From positions 1-45,244 of the forward strand of contig JAEEML010000088.1 in NCBI GenBank assembly GCA_016283195.1: a DNA stretch of 45,244 nucleotides. Direction: 5' to 3'. Positions 28,269-38,029 of this stretch are shown in pieces; position 1 is the first letter of the stretch; every line of letters starts with the position of its first letter. The stretch is from Deltaproteobacteria bacterium. GTDB lineage: Bacteria > JAEEML01. The position numbers were made by a program, and so were the translations under genes. The notes below the pieces were generated by a model. It did not search any database, was not told where the DNA came from, and saw only the letters and a list, made by a program, of their open reading frames with translations.

Positions 28269-29000
28269 TTAGCGCCAGGGGCCTTCAATAAGAGCTGTTT
28301 TAATTTCGGCTAAGGTCTCTTTAAGGCCGATGGCGAGAGAGCGGCTCCAAAAATAGTGGCCGATAATAAAGCTTTTTATCTCTTCCATAGGCGCAAGCAG
28401 GCGAATTTCCCGCGGAGATAAGGAACCGGAAACCGCAATTTCCATGCCAAAGCGCTGGGCACTTTTTACGGCATCGGCAAAAGATGAAAGGGCTTCGCTC
28501 AGAGCCTCATCACTCTGGGCCTCGGCCAGGCGGCGCGTATTTAAAACCACCATCGGTACGGCCAAGCGATAAAGGGCTTTAAGCTGCTCTAAATCAGGCT
28601 CAATGAGCACTGCCGCCGGCACTTCGGCATCTTTAAGATTTTGCAAAAAGGAGCGCAATTGCTCTTTTAACCCCAGAACATTGTAACTTTCCAGTGGGCT
28701 GCTACCCACCGAGTCGCCGGTGATAACAGCCACTTGCGGCTTAACTTCAAAAGCTGTTCTAAGGGCTTCCTGACCGGCCGGAAGCTCCAGCATAAGCGGC
28801 CCGTGCGCAACTTGAGAAAGCAAGCTAACTTCGCGTTTTAAAAGCTGTTTAGCTTCGCTGCGGTAACTTACGGCCACTCCGGCGGCCCCGGCGCTTTCGG
28901 CTAAAAGCGCCAGTTCTATAGGATCGGGAATGGGTGATTTTCTGGCCAGTTGCCAAGCGATAATGGTGTCGAGTTGCAAAAAAATACGCGGTAAAGACAT
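28269..29000 (-). CDS. pdxJ: Pyridoxine 5'-phosphate synthase PdxJ homologue, probably catalytically degenerate
   Basis: PDP..LA.LAE.AGA.G, LE, KP, IEPD.EQ, IGH, and position after glmM. Key His/Asn residues are missing. Confidence 0.75.
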   Translation of the reverse strand: MSLPRIFLQLDTIIAWQLARKSPIPDPIELALLAESAGAAGVAVSYRSEAKQLLKREVSLLSQVAHGPLMLELPAGQEALRTAFEVKPQVAVITGDSVGSSPLESYNVLGLKEQLRSFLQNLKDAEVPAAVLIEPDLEQLKALYRLAVPMVVLNTRRLAEAQSDEALSEALSSFADAVKSAQRFGMEIAVSGSLSPREIRLLAPMEEIKSFIIGHYFWSRSLAIGLKETLAEIKTALIEGPWR

Positions 29001-29009
29001 TTTAAACTC

Positions 29010-30368
29010 CTAACCAAGGGCTTTGGCAATAACGCCGGCCAATTCCTCGGCCCAGTAAGTAACGCGATCTTCACTGGGGCCTTCAACCATCACTCTGGCC
29101 AAAGCTTCCGTGCCGCTAAAGCGCACCACTGCCCGCCCGTCATGGCCAAATTCATCTTCCATAGCTTTTAGGGCCTTTTTTACCTCTGGAAGATCGTTAA
29201 TCGGTTCTTTTCTGGCCACTTTTACATTAATGAGTTTTTGGGGATAAATTTCCATCACTTTTTTGAGTTCGCTTAAGGGCTTACCGGTGCGCAGCATAAC
29301 TTCAATCAGGCGGATAGCGGCCAGCGTGCCGTCGCCGGTGGTAGAATAATCAAGATAAACCAGGTGGCCTGATTTTTCGCCGCCGAAATTATAGCCGTTT
29401 TTGCGCATTTCTTCCACCACATAGCGGTCGCCCACCTGGGTGCGCACCAGTTTGCCGCCGGCCCGCTCAATAGCCCGCTCCAGGCCCAGATTAGACATAA
29501 CTGTGGCCACAAGAGTATTTTTTGCCAGCGTCCCCTGCTTTAGCATATAGGTGGCGCAGATAGCCATAATTTGGTCGCCGTCCACTTCTTCGCCGTTTTC
29601 GTCGCTGATAAAGAGGCGGTCGGCATCGCCATCTAAGGCCATACCGAGAGCGGCACCGTGTTTAGGCACGAGGCGCATCATCTGCTGCGGGTGGAGTGAA
29701 CCGCAGCGCAAATTAATATTGGTGCCATCGGGAGTCACGCCGAGAGTAGTAACAATAGCCCCCAGCTCGCTCATAATGGTGGGAGCCACATGGTAAGCGC
29801 TGCCATTGGCACAATCCACCACTATGCGCATACCGTCCATATCTAGGTCATCGGGAAATGAGCTTTTGACAAAAACCAGATAGCGCCCTTTGGCATCATC
29901 AACGCGGCTGGCCCGCCCCACATGGCCTTTGGTGGGGCGCATATTGCTGCGGTGATTTTCCAAAACATAGCGCTCCATTTCCACTTCCACCGCATCGGGC
30001 AATTTATAGCCGTCGCGGCCGAAGAATTTTATACCGTTATCCTGATAAGGATTGTGCGAAGCGCTGATTACCACCCCGCCATCGGCCCGCATACTGCGCG
30101 TTAAAAAGGCAATAGCCGGCGTAGGCATGGGGCCAACCAAAAGCACATCTGCTCCGGCCGAACAAATACCGGAAGCCATAGCCATTTCCAGCATATAGCC
30201 GGAAGCCCGCGTATCTTTGCCTATAACAATGCGGTGGCGGTGCCTGCCGGAGCGGGAAGTCATGGCAATAGCTCGCCCCAAAGCCAGAGCCACTTCAGAA
30301 GTCATGGGATATTGATTGGCAATACCGCGCACCCCGTCGGTGCCGAATAATTTACGCGTTACGCTCAT
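29010..30368 (-). CDS. glmM: Phosphoglucosamine mutase
   Basis: [63 protein letters not shown]. Confidence 0.97.
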   Translation of the reverse strand: MSVTRKLFGTDGVRGIANQYPMTSEVALALGRAIAMTSRSGRHRHRIVIGKDTRASGYMLEMAMASGICSAGADVLLVGPMPTPAIAFLTRSMRADGGVVISASHNPYQDNGIKFFGRDGYKLPDAVEVEMERYVLENHRSNMRPTKGHVGRASRVDDAKGRYLVFVKSSFPDDLDMDGMRIVVDCANGSAYHVAPTIMSELGAIVTTLGVTPDGTNINLRCGSLHPQQMMRLVPKHGAALGMALDGDADRLFISDENGEEVDGDQIMAICATYMLKQGTLAKNTLVATVMSNLGLERAIERAGGKLVRTQVGDRYVVEEMRKNGYNFGGEKSGHLVYLDYSTTGDGTLAAIRLIEVMLRTGKPLSELKKVMEIYPQKLINVKVARKEPINDLPEVKKALKAMEDEFGHDGRAVVRFSGTEALARVMVEGPSEDRVTYWAEELAGVIAKALG

Positions 30369-31321
30369 TTGCCCCTTCTCCTTTTCTGGGTGGATTTGGC
30401 TTTTTGCGGGATATATTCCACCACTGCCGAGGGCAGAGTACTAATGATATAAGCCCCCTCCGGCACACCCTGGAGCTCCGGCTCAAAAGCTACAGTACCG
30501 GAAGATATACTACTTAAATCTTCTGCCGAAACCACAAGACGCAATTTTTTAACATCCATCTTATCAATAATGCGCTTGGGCCCACGCACCGTAACTGAAG
30601 CCGAGCGCGTTTTAAGCCTGGCGCCGGGAAAATCATTTTCAAAAACAATGGGTACCCTAGCGCTCTTTTTGATGAGCTCCTCATTAATGGGAATCATCAC
30701 AGTGATTTTTGGGGGCTGCCCTTTAAATTGCAAAGGATAATTAATGGGTTTTAGCTCCACTTCCGGCTTTAGATCAATAGTGGCTCCTTCAATATCTATC
30801 ACCTTGGTAAAAATAGCATCAATTTGATTCACTTCTGTAGAAGGACCGGTAATTATTACTGTTTCCGGGTTTAAAATCGCATCATCTCTAATATAACCGT
30901 TAGCCGGCTCGCCTACAATATGAGCGGTAACCGGCACCCGGCGCTCCACCTGCCTATCCAGTTGCAATTGCAAATGGGAGGGCATTACCTGCACCGGTTT
31001 TAAGCCGGCAAAGCTGGGAATTTGCTCCGGGGCCAATGTTATTTGCGCTGTACCCGGGCCTTGATCTCTAAGATCCAAAATATAAGGCATGGGCGTCCGC
31101 TCATTCCAAGAGCGCAAAGTGGCCAAGGGACCCTGATAAGTCACCTTTACCGTGCTGGGTATTTCCGACATATGCAAAATATCCGGTGCCAAATTTATTT
31201 GAAAAGGCACATCAACTACTTTAGTGGTGCCGATTTCCACCGAAATTAAAAAGTACATTACAATAGCCGTAAAAAGCGAAAAGAGCTTTAAGCGGAAATT
31301 TTCAATGAAAATTTTTCTCAT
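30365..31321 (-). CDS. cdaR: CdaR/YbbR-domain regulator
   Basis: N-terminal [11 protein letters not shown], YbbR repeats ([15 protein letters not shown]). Lies between cdaA and glmM. Confidence 0.88.
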   Translation of the reverse strand: MRKIFIENFRLKLFSLFTAIVMYFLISVEIGTTKVVDVPFQINLAPDILHMSEIPSTVKVTYQGPLATLRSWNERTPMPYILDLRDQGPGTAQITLAPEQIPSFAGLKPVQVMPSHLQLQLDRQVERRVPVTAHIVGEPANGYIRDDAILNPETVIITGPSTEVNQIDAIFTKVIDIEGATIDLKPEVELKPINYPLQFKGQPPKITVMIPINEELIKKSARVPIVFENDFPGARLKTRSASVTVRGPKRIIDKMDVKKLRLVVSAEDLSSISSGTVAFEPELQGVPEGAYIISTLPSAVVEYIPQKAKSTQKRRRGK

Positions 31322-31323
31322 AA

Positions 31324-32124
31324 TTATTTCCTCGGCCGGGGCTCAAAATATTTTTGCAAAACCTGGCGCAAAACATCTTCATCCAAATCGCGGGTTATCT
31401 GTCCGTTTTCGGCGATGGAAATTTGCCCCCGCTCCTCAGAAACCACTACAGCCATGGAATCATACTCTTCGGTAACACCTATAGCGGCACGGTGGCGGGT
31501 ACCCAGCTGCGGATCGAGGTGGGGATTTCTGGTGAGCGGCAAAACCACGCGGGCGGCGGCAATGCGCCCCTGCTGAATGATAACAGCGCCGTCATGAAGC
31601 GGGCCTTTGGGCCAAAATATTTGCTCCAAAAGCGGGGCGGAAAGCTGAGCATCCAGCTTATCGCCGGTAACCGCCAGCTCGCTCAAATTGCCTTCGCGCT
31701 CTATAACAATAATAGCGCCGATGCGCTGTCTGGCCATGGAAGCACAGGCCCGGCTCACCTCTTCCACCAAAAGAGCGCCGCGCTCGGCACTGCTACGCGA
31801 CCAGAGAGTATTGCCGCCAACCCGTGAGAGCACACGGCGGATATCGTGCTGAAACACCACAATAATGAGCACCAAAAGGGAGCTGGTAAAAGTCTCTAAA
31901 ATCCAGGAAAGGGTTTTTAAATTAAATATTTTGGCTCCCAAAAAGACGAGGAGCATGAGAAAGAGACCGGTGAGTACCTGCTGCGCCAGCGTGCCGCGAA
32001 TAAGGTACAAAACCCAATATATTACCATGGCCACCAGGATAATATCTATAGCACTGGTAATCACCGTGCGCACCACTTCCACAGTGGGTGATTGCCACCA
32101 GGTCATAAAGGCTGTTAAATCCAT
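31324..32124 (-). CDS. cdaA: Diadenylate cyclase CdaA/DacA
   Basis: Three TM helices, VVFQ.DIRR.L, GAIIVIER, PLHDGAVII, GTRHRAAIG, VVVSEERG.IS. Confidence 0.96.
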   Translation of the reverse strand: MDLTAFMTWWQSPTVEVVRTVITSAIDIILVAMVIYWVLYLIRGTLAQQVLTGLFLMLLVFLGAKIFNLKTLSWILETFTSSLLVLIIVVFQHDIRRVLSRVGGNTLWSRSSAERGALLVEEVSRACASMARQRIGAIIVIEREGNLSELAVTGDKLDAQLSAPLLEQIFWPKGPLHDGAVIIQQGRIAAARVVLPLTRNPHLDPQLGTRHRAAIGVTEEYDSMAVVVSEERGQISIAENGQITRDLDEDVLRQVLQKYFEPRPRK

Positions 32125-32143
32125 AAAAATTTCCTTTTATCCG

Positions 32144-32914
32144 TTAATTATGCGGCTCTCCGCCAAGCTGCCCGGAAGGCATCCCGCCGGATGCTTCTTC
32201 TATTTTTTTCATTACCTCGGGATTTTTTAAGAGATCGTTAATCTGCTTATCATCCAAAATATTTCCGAAATTGCCATTTTTTAATTTTTCCAATAATTCT
32301 GGGCTATTTAATATATCTTTTATCAGTTTGTTATCGGTTAAATCGGCTGGCAACATTTTTTGCGGATTTTTGGCCAAATCCTGCAAAGCTTCCAGCTTTG
32401 GCATAATTTCAAAATCAACACTACTAAGATAATTATGCGATTTCACAAAATTAAATGAGTGCGAACTCTCCGGCTCAAGCTTCTGCAAGAGCTCCCAATT
32501 TGGAAAATTGGCCGTCAGCATGAGCAAGAGCCACAAAAGAATATAAGAAAACATAAGGCCGCTAAAAAGTCCGCCTATAGCGCCCAAAACACGGTTGGCA
32601 TCGTTTAAAAAAGCTTTGATGATGGGGTCTAAAATCCAGCCGACGATAAAAGTCACCATAATAGCGGCCAGAATAATAATCACCAGAGAAGAAGCCGAAT
32701 AGGCCGTCTTAAGAGATATACCAATATTATTATGAATAAATTCCGCAATTTGCGGCGCTGTATAGCGGGCGATAAAAACAGCAGCCACAAGCCCCAATAA
32801 ACGGTACAAATAGCGAAAAGCGCCGGTGGCAATACCGCGGATTAGCAGCAAAAGCACTAATACCAAAACGGCAATATCTATCTTCATTTTCCCCTCCAGA
32901 TAGGGCTCCTTCAC
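32144..32914 (-). CDS. cvpA: CvpA (colicin V production) family membrane protein with C-terminal extension
   Basis: DI..L..L....RG...G, NRVLGAIGGL, four TM helices. The true start may be ATG 32887 (GGAGGGG upstream). Confidence 0.8.
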   Translation of the reverse strand: MKEPYLEGKMKIDIAVLVLVLLLLIRGIATGAFRYLYRLLGLVAAVFIARYTAPQIAEFIHNNIGISLKTAYSASSLVIIILAAIMVTFIVGWILDPIIKAFLNDANRVLGAIGGLFSGLMFSYILLWLLLMLTANFPNWELLQKLEPESSHSFNFVKSHNYLSSVDFEIMPKLEALQDLAKNPQKMLPADLTDNKLIKDILNSPELLEKLKNGNFGNILDDKQINDLLKNPEVMKKIEEASGGMPSGQLGGEPHN

Positions 32915-33008
32915 GCGCGCAGGGTAGCACTAAGCGAAGGCGCTAGCAAGGAGGTTTAAAGCTAGTTAGTAGCCTTTTTTCTCTTAGCGACGCTGTAAGA
33001 GACACACT

Positions 33009-33150
33009 TTAGCCAATATACGACTCATCTTGCTCAATTCTGCTCAAGACCCAATCGAAATTGCCGCTCGTAACAACCGTGCCGCAGTCGGCACAAGTGC
33101 CGTCAGCCTTAATGCCACTCGTAGCGCCGCAATTGGGGCAGCCGGGGCGG
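33009..33150 (-). pseudogene. Chimeric remnant copy of the Tim44-domain gene (first Zn-ribbon fused to the C-terminus)
   Basis: 33009-33088 matches 33890-33969 (5 mismatches). 33081-33150 matches 34589-34659 (2 mismatches, 1 indel). Reads PGCPNCGATSGIKADGTCADCGTVVTSGNFDWVLSRIEQDESYIG* with no ATG/GTG/TTG start. Confidence 0.88.
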
Positions 33151-33180
33151 CTAACGAAGAAAGCAAAATAATTTATCTAT

Positions 33181-33567
33181 CTATAATGTTATAACTTTTA
33201 GGCTGGGAATATGAGCAAAATGTTTATCCTGAGTAACCACTGTCATATCATTGGCCAAGGCAGTAGCAGCAATCCACATATCATTTTCCGGTATAATGTT
33301 GCCGTGTGCCTGCAGTGTATATTTTATTTTACCGTATTCAAAAGCCACATTTTTGGTTACATCAAGAAGTGGATAAGAAAGACAAAATTCTAAATATCTA
33401 TTACGATTTTCAATCCTTAATTGTGATTTTTCCACTCCGAACAGCAATTCACCAAGTACAACAACCGGAATATGAACCCCCTTAAATTTGCGTGCTTCAT
33501 TGGCAATCAGCGTATTTCCCTGAACTATGCGTATAACAACATTCGTATCAAACAAATTACCACTCAC
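33181..33567 (-). CDS. vapC: PIN-domain toxin VapC
   Basis: FDTNVVI, VVLGELLFG, PENDMWIAATALANDMTVVTQDKHF. Confidence 0.93.
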   Translation of the reverse strand: MSGNLFDTNVVIRIVQGNTLIANEARKFKGVHIPVVVLGELLFGVEKSQLRIENRNRYLEFCLSYPLLDVTKNVAFEYGKIKYTLQAHGNIIPENDMWIAATALANDMTVVTQDKHFAHIPSLKVITL

Positions 33568-33796
33568 TTGGCTCTATCCTTCGGCATTCTTGCACTGCCT
33601 CCAACATCTTTTCACTATCTTCGTCACTCACAGTGCCAAAAAATCGGTCAATCGGCGAAATTTCACTCTTTGTATTTTCTTGTCTTTTGCTTTTAAATAC
33701 TTGCGTAAGCCGAGATAATAAGGCCACACATTGGTCATAAGAGAAGCTATCCACACTAGCCAGAAGCGTATTAAATGCTACATCACTCATTATCAC
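33557..33796 (-). CDS. Putative cognate antitoxin (VapB-like)
   Basis: Small ORF upstream of vapC, overlapping it by 11 nt. GGAGG RBS. C-terminal FFGTVSDED.EKM..AV.ECRRI...EW is typical of PIN-toxin partners. Confidence 0.75.
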   Translation of the reverse strand: MIMSDVAFNTLLASVDSFSYDQCVALLSRLTQVFKSKRQENTKSEISPIDRFFGTVSDEDSEKMLEAVQECRRIEPSEW

Positions 33797-33889
33797 ACCT
33801 CCACCAACCGGGGATTATACCACACTATGAGCTCTTTTGCACCAGCTGACCAAAGTTCGATAGTAGCCGTGTACTTTCCTGATTTCTTC

Positions 33890-35554
33890 TTACCCTACAT
33901 AAGACTCATCTTGCTCAATTCTGCTCAAGACCCAATCGAAATTGCCGCTTGTAACAACCGTGCCGCAGTATTCGCACTTACCGGCCTGGTTCAGCTTAAT
34001 CTCCGCGCCGCAATTAGGACATTCATGTGAATTATAAGCCTTTTCGCTAAAATCTTTAGTGCGGATAAAAGTCCAGTATTCCGTAAAAGCGCGCGGTGTA
34101 GTCTTACTGCCGGAAGTAACATTGCCATCGCGGTCAAGCACATAATCCAGCATGGAAGCATGGATTCTATAAGTCACCGCTTCGTAATAGTAATCATCAT
34201 CAACTTTAGTAAGCTCAATTTGGGAAATATTTACATTTTCGCAAACACTGCGGCGGTTTACCCGCTTATAATTATCTATCCAGAAACGGTGCACGTCAAA
34301 AATGGCATCGGTCTCAAACGGGCGGGCGAGCTCCCAGCGCTGGCTGCTCCAGGCCTCCTGAATGGTAAGAAAAGCCTCCTTTACCCGCTCTTCCAGGCGA
34401 GCGCGGTCAAAGCCGGGGTGGCGCTCAGCAAGGCCAGCCAGTTTGGCTTCCAAGTCGGGGTCCAAAACGGTGGGCAGATTGGTGCCCACCTCTGCCACAT
34501 GCTCGCTGCCGGGCACGAGGTCTATTAGCTCTTTATAGTGGTTAAAATAGGTAACTACCCACTGATGTTCGCCGGAAATTACCGGCGAGCCGCAGTAGGC
34601 ACAAGTGCCGTCAGCCTTAATGCCGCTCGTAGCGCCGCAATTGGGGCAGCCGGGGGCGGTAATTTCATTAGGCCCTTTGGAGAGCACGCCGGCCTTTTTA
34701 GCTAAAATCAAGGTAGCATCAAGATAATAGCGCTTTTCTTCACCCTCTGCCAATAGCGTGTAATCGGCTTCCAGCTTGGTAGTTACTTCAATTTGCTCGG
34801 GATTTGCAGTAGCGTTCTTTATGGCAAAGGAGCCGATAACTACATCTTTTAGCCGGCCTTGGCTATCCGCTAAGAGCGCAGATTTAATAGTTTCCAGCAC
34901 CTCCGGTTTAATATATGGCGTCACGGCTTTTAGTTTTTCTTCATCACCAAGAGCGCGCAAAGTGCGCACAAAGAGGAGCTGGATAAAATCGTAAAAGAGA
35001 GGCTCACTAAAGTGGGCATCGGCCTCTTTGAGTGTTTTCAAATAAATGCGGTGAGTTCGCTGGTTAAGAACTCTCTCCGGCACCGGCGGGCCATATAAAA
35101 TCCGTTTTATCAAAGCATAAATGACAAGCGAAATAACCAGAAGGACAAGGAGAGCGACAATTAAGGTGATTATAGCGAAAAAGACAAAAACAGCTTTATA
35201 GAAAAAGATAGTTGCCGCAGCAGCTGTTTCATCGGTAGCGGCATCACCTAAAACATCGCTGCGGCCGTCGCTGGCGCCGTCAAAAACTACAGCATATATT
35301 GTCTTTAAATCCGGACCGTCAGCGCTATCTTTAGAGCCTTTTTTGTGGCTCCGGCTATGGCTCCGGCTATGGCTCCGGCTCCGGCTGCTGCTATGGCTCC
35401 TATGGCTACTACCGCCCCTATAGGAGTGGCCGCCGCCGGCGCGGGCAAAAGCTTCGGTAGGGTGAAAAGAAAAAGCGGCAATAAAGCATATAATTAGTAT
35501 TTTCAGCCAGCTGGCTAATGAAAGATGAATAAATTTTAAATGCTTGTTTTTCAT
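33890..35554 (-). CDS. Membrane protein with two Tim44-like domains and two Zn-ribbons
   Basis: Signal-like AFA-RAGGGHSY..G motif, TM, CPNCGA...CxYCG twice, FLTIQEAWS, FTEYWTFIR, DWVLSRIEQ. GAGG RBS favours ATG 35554 over 35593. Confidence 0.85.
   Translation of the reverse strand: MKNKHLKFIHLSLASWLKILIICFIAAFSFHPTEAFARAGGGHSYRGGSSHRSHSSSRSRSHSRSHSRSHKKGSKDSADGPDLKTIYAVVFDGASDGRSDVLGDAATDETAAAATIFFYKAVFVFFAIITLIVALLVLLVISLVIYALIKRILYGPPVPERVLNQRTHRIYLKTLKEADAHFSEPLFYDFIQLLFVRTLRALGDEEKLKAVTPYIKPEVLETIKSALLADSQGRLKDVVIGSFAIKNATANPEQIEVTTKLEADYTLLAEGEEKRYYLDATLILAKKAGVLSKGPNEITAPGCPNCGATSGIKADGTCAYCGSPVISGEHQWVVTYFNHYKELIDLVPGSEHVAEVGTNLPTVLDPDLEAKLAGLAERHPGFDRARLEERVKEAFLTIQEAWSSQRWELARPFETDAIFDVHRFWIDNYKRVNRRSVCENVNISQIELTKVDDDYYYEAVTYRIHASMLDYVLDRDGNVTSGSKTTPRAFTEYWTFIRTKDFSEKAYNSHECPNCGAEIKLNQAGKCEYCGTVVTSGNFDWVLSRIEQDESYVG
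35346..35408. repeat. In-frame 12-bp tandem repeat (TGGCTCCGGCTA x ~3, then degenerate) encoding a Ser/His/Arg tract
   Basis: Direct reading of the sequence. Translates on the minus strand as SHRSHSSSRSRSHSRSHSRSH. Confidence 0.85.
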
Positions 35555-35734
35555 ATATAACCTCAAATAAAAAACACCGCTGAAAGCTATCATATGTTCA
35601 TTTTCTATTCAATTAAGAAAACTTTGCTATTTTTATTGCCATATGGCCCTACTTTTTACTAGGCAGGCGCCATTTATTTTGGCATAATTCGCTGGCTCAT
35701 TGGCTGCGACGCCACGAAAGAAAGGAAGTTATCT

Positions 35735-37150
35735 ATGAGCTATACTATGTTCCGCAAAGCCATGGTAATTTTAACTAATGATCCCGAAGAACCGGTACTA
35801 CGCGATGCCGACCTTCTGATCAAAGACAACAAGGTATTAGCCGTTGGCAAGGAACTAAAGCTGCCGGACGATGCCCCAAGCCGCGTCATTGAAGCCTCAA
35901 TGATGGTCATCACCCCCGGCATGATAAATACGCATCACCACCTTTACCAAACCTTTCAGCGCAATGTGCCCTTTGTGCAAGATGCCAAACTTTTTGACTG
36001 GCTGACCGGCCTCTATAAAATTTGGCAAGAGCTCACACCTGAAGCCGTTTATGTGAGCGCCCAAGTGGGCCTTAGCGAGCTCCTGCTCTCCGGCTGCACC
36101 ACTGTGGCCGACCATTATTATGTCTTTCCCAAGGGGCAGCCGGCCGATATGCTCGATAATACCATCAGGGCGGCCAAAGAGCTCGGCGTGCGCTTCCACC
36201 CCACCAGAGGCTCCATGAGCATGGGTGAATCTCAAGGCGGTTTGCCACCAGATAGCGTGGTGCAAAGCGAAGAAGATATTTTAAAAGACTCCGAGCGGGT
36301 TATTAAAATGTACCATGACCCGGAAGAGTTTTCCATGTGCCGCATTGCTCTTGCGCCCTGCTCGCCGTTTTCGGTAACAGCTACCGGCCTTAAAGAGGCG
36401 GCAAGTCTTGCCCGCTCTTATAAAAATGTGCGTTTACATACACATCTGGCCGAAACTTTTGACGAAAATGATTTTTGCATGCAAAAAGTGGGCATGCGCC
36501 CGCTCGATTATATGGAATCCTGCGGCTGGCTGGGGCCGGATGTCTGGTATGCTCACGGTGTCCATTTTAATGACGAAGAAATTGAGCGCCTAGCCAAAAC
36601 CGGCACCGGCGTAGCCCATTGCCCAGCCTCCAATTTGCGCCTCGGCTCCGGCATTGCCCGCGTGCCGGAGATGATTGAGGCCGGCGTGCCGGTGGGCCTC
36701 GCTGTCGATGGCAGTGCCAGCAACGATTCTTCCAATATGCTGCGCGAAGCGCAACTGGCCCTCATTGTCCACCGCGTGGGCACCGGCGTGCAGTCTATGC
36801 CGGCCTTAAAAGTGTGGCAAATGGCCACCATGGGCTCAGCCCGCGTTTTGGGCCGCGATGATATCGGCCAACTCCTTCCCGGCAAAGCAGCCGATCTTGC
36901 TGTGTGGGATATGGACCATGTGGGCTATGCCGGCGCACTGCACGATCCACTGGCCGCCCTGCTCTTCTGCACCGGTCATAATTATGCCCGCCATGTCTTT
37001 GTAAATGGCCGCCAGGTGGTGGAAAACTTCCAATTAACCGAGCTCGATACCAAAGCTTTGACCCATAAAGCCACTTTGCTCTCTGAGCAGATGATTCAGC
37101 GCGCCGCCGCCAGAACTGGCGTGGATTACCTAAAACACTTAGGAGATTAA
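35735..37150 (+). CDS. 8-oxoguanine deaminase-like amidohydrolase (AtzB-related)
   Basis: NTHHHLYQ, RGSMS.GES.GGLPPD, APCSPFSV, HTHLAET, AHGVH, HCPASNLRLGSG, VDGSASND. Confidence 0.88.
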   Translation: MSYTMFRKAMVILTNDPEEPVLRDADLLIKDNKVLAVGKELKLPDDAPSRVIEASMMVITPGMINTHHHLYQTFQRNVPFVQDAKLFDWLTGLYKIWQELTPEAVYVSAQVGLSELLLSGCTTVADHYYVFPKGQPADMLDNTIRAAKELGVRFHPTRGSMSMGESQGGLPPDSVVQSEEDILKDSERVIKMYHDPEEFSMCRIALAPCSPFSVTATGLKEAASLARSYKNVRLHTHLAETFDENDFCMQKVGMRPLDYMESCGWLGPDVWYAHGVHFNDEEIERLAKTGTGVAHCPASNLRLGSGIARVPEMIEAGVPVGLAVDGSASNDSSNMLREAQLALIVHRVGTGVQSMPALKVWQMATMGSARVLGRDDIGQLLPGKAADLAVWDMDHVGYAGALHDPLAALLFCTGHNYARHVFVNGRQVVENFQLTELDTKALTHKATLLSEQMIQRAAARTGVDYLKHLGD

Positions 37151-37155
37151 TCACC

Positions 37156-38028
37156 ATGGGCCATGGAAGTTATACAGCCGCTGATTGGAGCAAATTAAAA
37201 AACAGCCGCAATTTAAGCAGCGACCAAAATAATGAAGAAATTTTCAAAAGCAAAAAATGCGATCCCCGCTTTGACCCAAAATTCATCAACATGCGCGAGG
37301 CGCGCGATTCTGAGGATCACCCGGAATCAACCCCCATCATCATCGGCCTTGATGTCACCGGTTCCATGGGCTACCTGGCCCAAAAAGTGGCGACAGAAGC
37401 TTTAAATGAAACCATGATGAAGCTCTATTCCACCAATGTGGTAAAAGATCCGGCGCTCATGTTTGCCGCTTATGGCGATTACCAGGACCAATCCCCCTTA
37501 CAAGTGACGCAATTTGAATCGGATATCCGCGTTGCCGAGCAGCTCCTCGACCTCTGGCTGGAAGATGGCGGGAGCGGTCAGGTTGTGCCTAGCCTTTTGT
37601 GGTATTTTGCCGCTAAGCACACCATGCTCGATAATTTTGAAAAACGCCATAAAAAGGGCTTTATCTTTACCATCGGCGATAATGCCAGATGCCGCGAGGA
37701 CTCTTTAAATGAGCTCTATCAAAGAGTTTTTGACGAAAAAGTATCCATGAGCGTAGCGGAAATTTTGCAAATAGCTAAGGAAAAATTTGAAATTTTCCAT
37801 CTCTACCTGGCCGAAAGCGGAGAAGCCATACCCAATGATATCAGAAGAACGCAGCTTCACGGCCACACCATGAAAATAGCTCCCGAAGAAATCGATGCCA
37901 TCCCGGAAATTCTCATCAGCGCCATGCAAATGACCGAGAGCATGAGTATGAAAGAAGCTCTAAATCAGTGGCCAAAAGAAAAACACGGCATCGTACAAAA
38001 AGCTTTAAAATCATTAAAAATTAAATAA
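37156..38028 (+). CDS. vWA (MIDAS) domain protein
   Basis: PIIIGLDVTGSMG MIDAS motif, PLQVTQFESDIR, KGFIFTIGD. Confidence 0.8.
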   Translation: MGHGSYTAADWSKLKNSRNLSSDQNNEEIFKSKKCDPRFDPKFINMREARDSEDHPESTPIIIGLDVTGSMGYLAQKVATEALNETMMKLYSTNVVKDPALMFAAYGDYQDQSPLQVTQFESDIRVAEQLLDLWLEDGGSGQVVPSLLWYFAAKHTMLDNFEKRHKKGFIFTIGDNARCREDSLNELYQRVFDEKVSMSVAEILQIAKEKFEIFHLYLAESGEAIPNDIRRTQLHGHTMKIAPEEIDAIPEILISAMQMTESMSMKEALNQWPKEKHGIVQKALKSLKIK

Positions 38029-38029
38029 A

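Noticed and set aside
33009-33969. Possible diversity-generating retroelement TR/VR pair at the Tim44 gene 3' end
   Set aside because: Mismatches are not confined to adenines on either strand, are mostly synonymous, and no reverse transcriptase is in the window.
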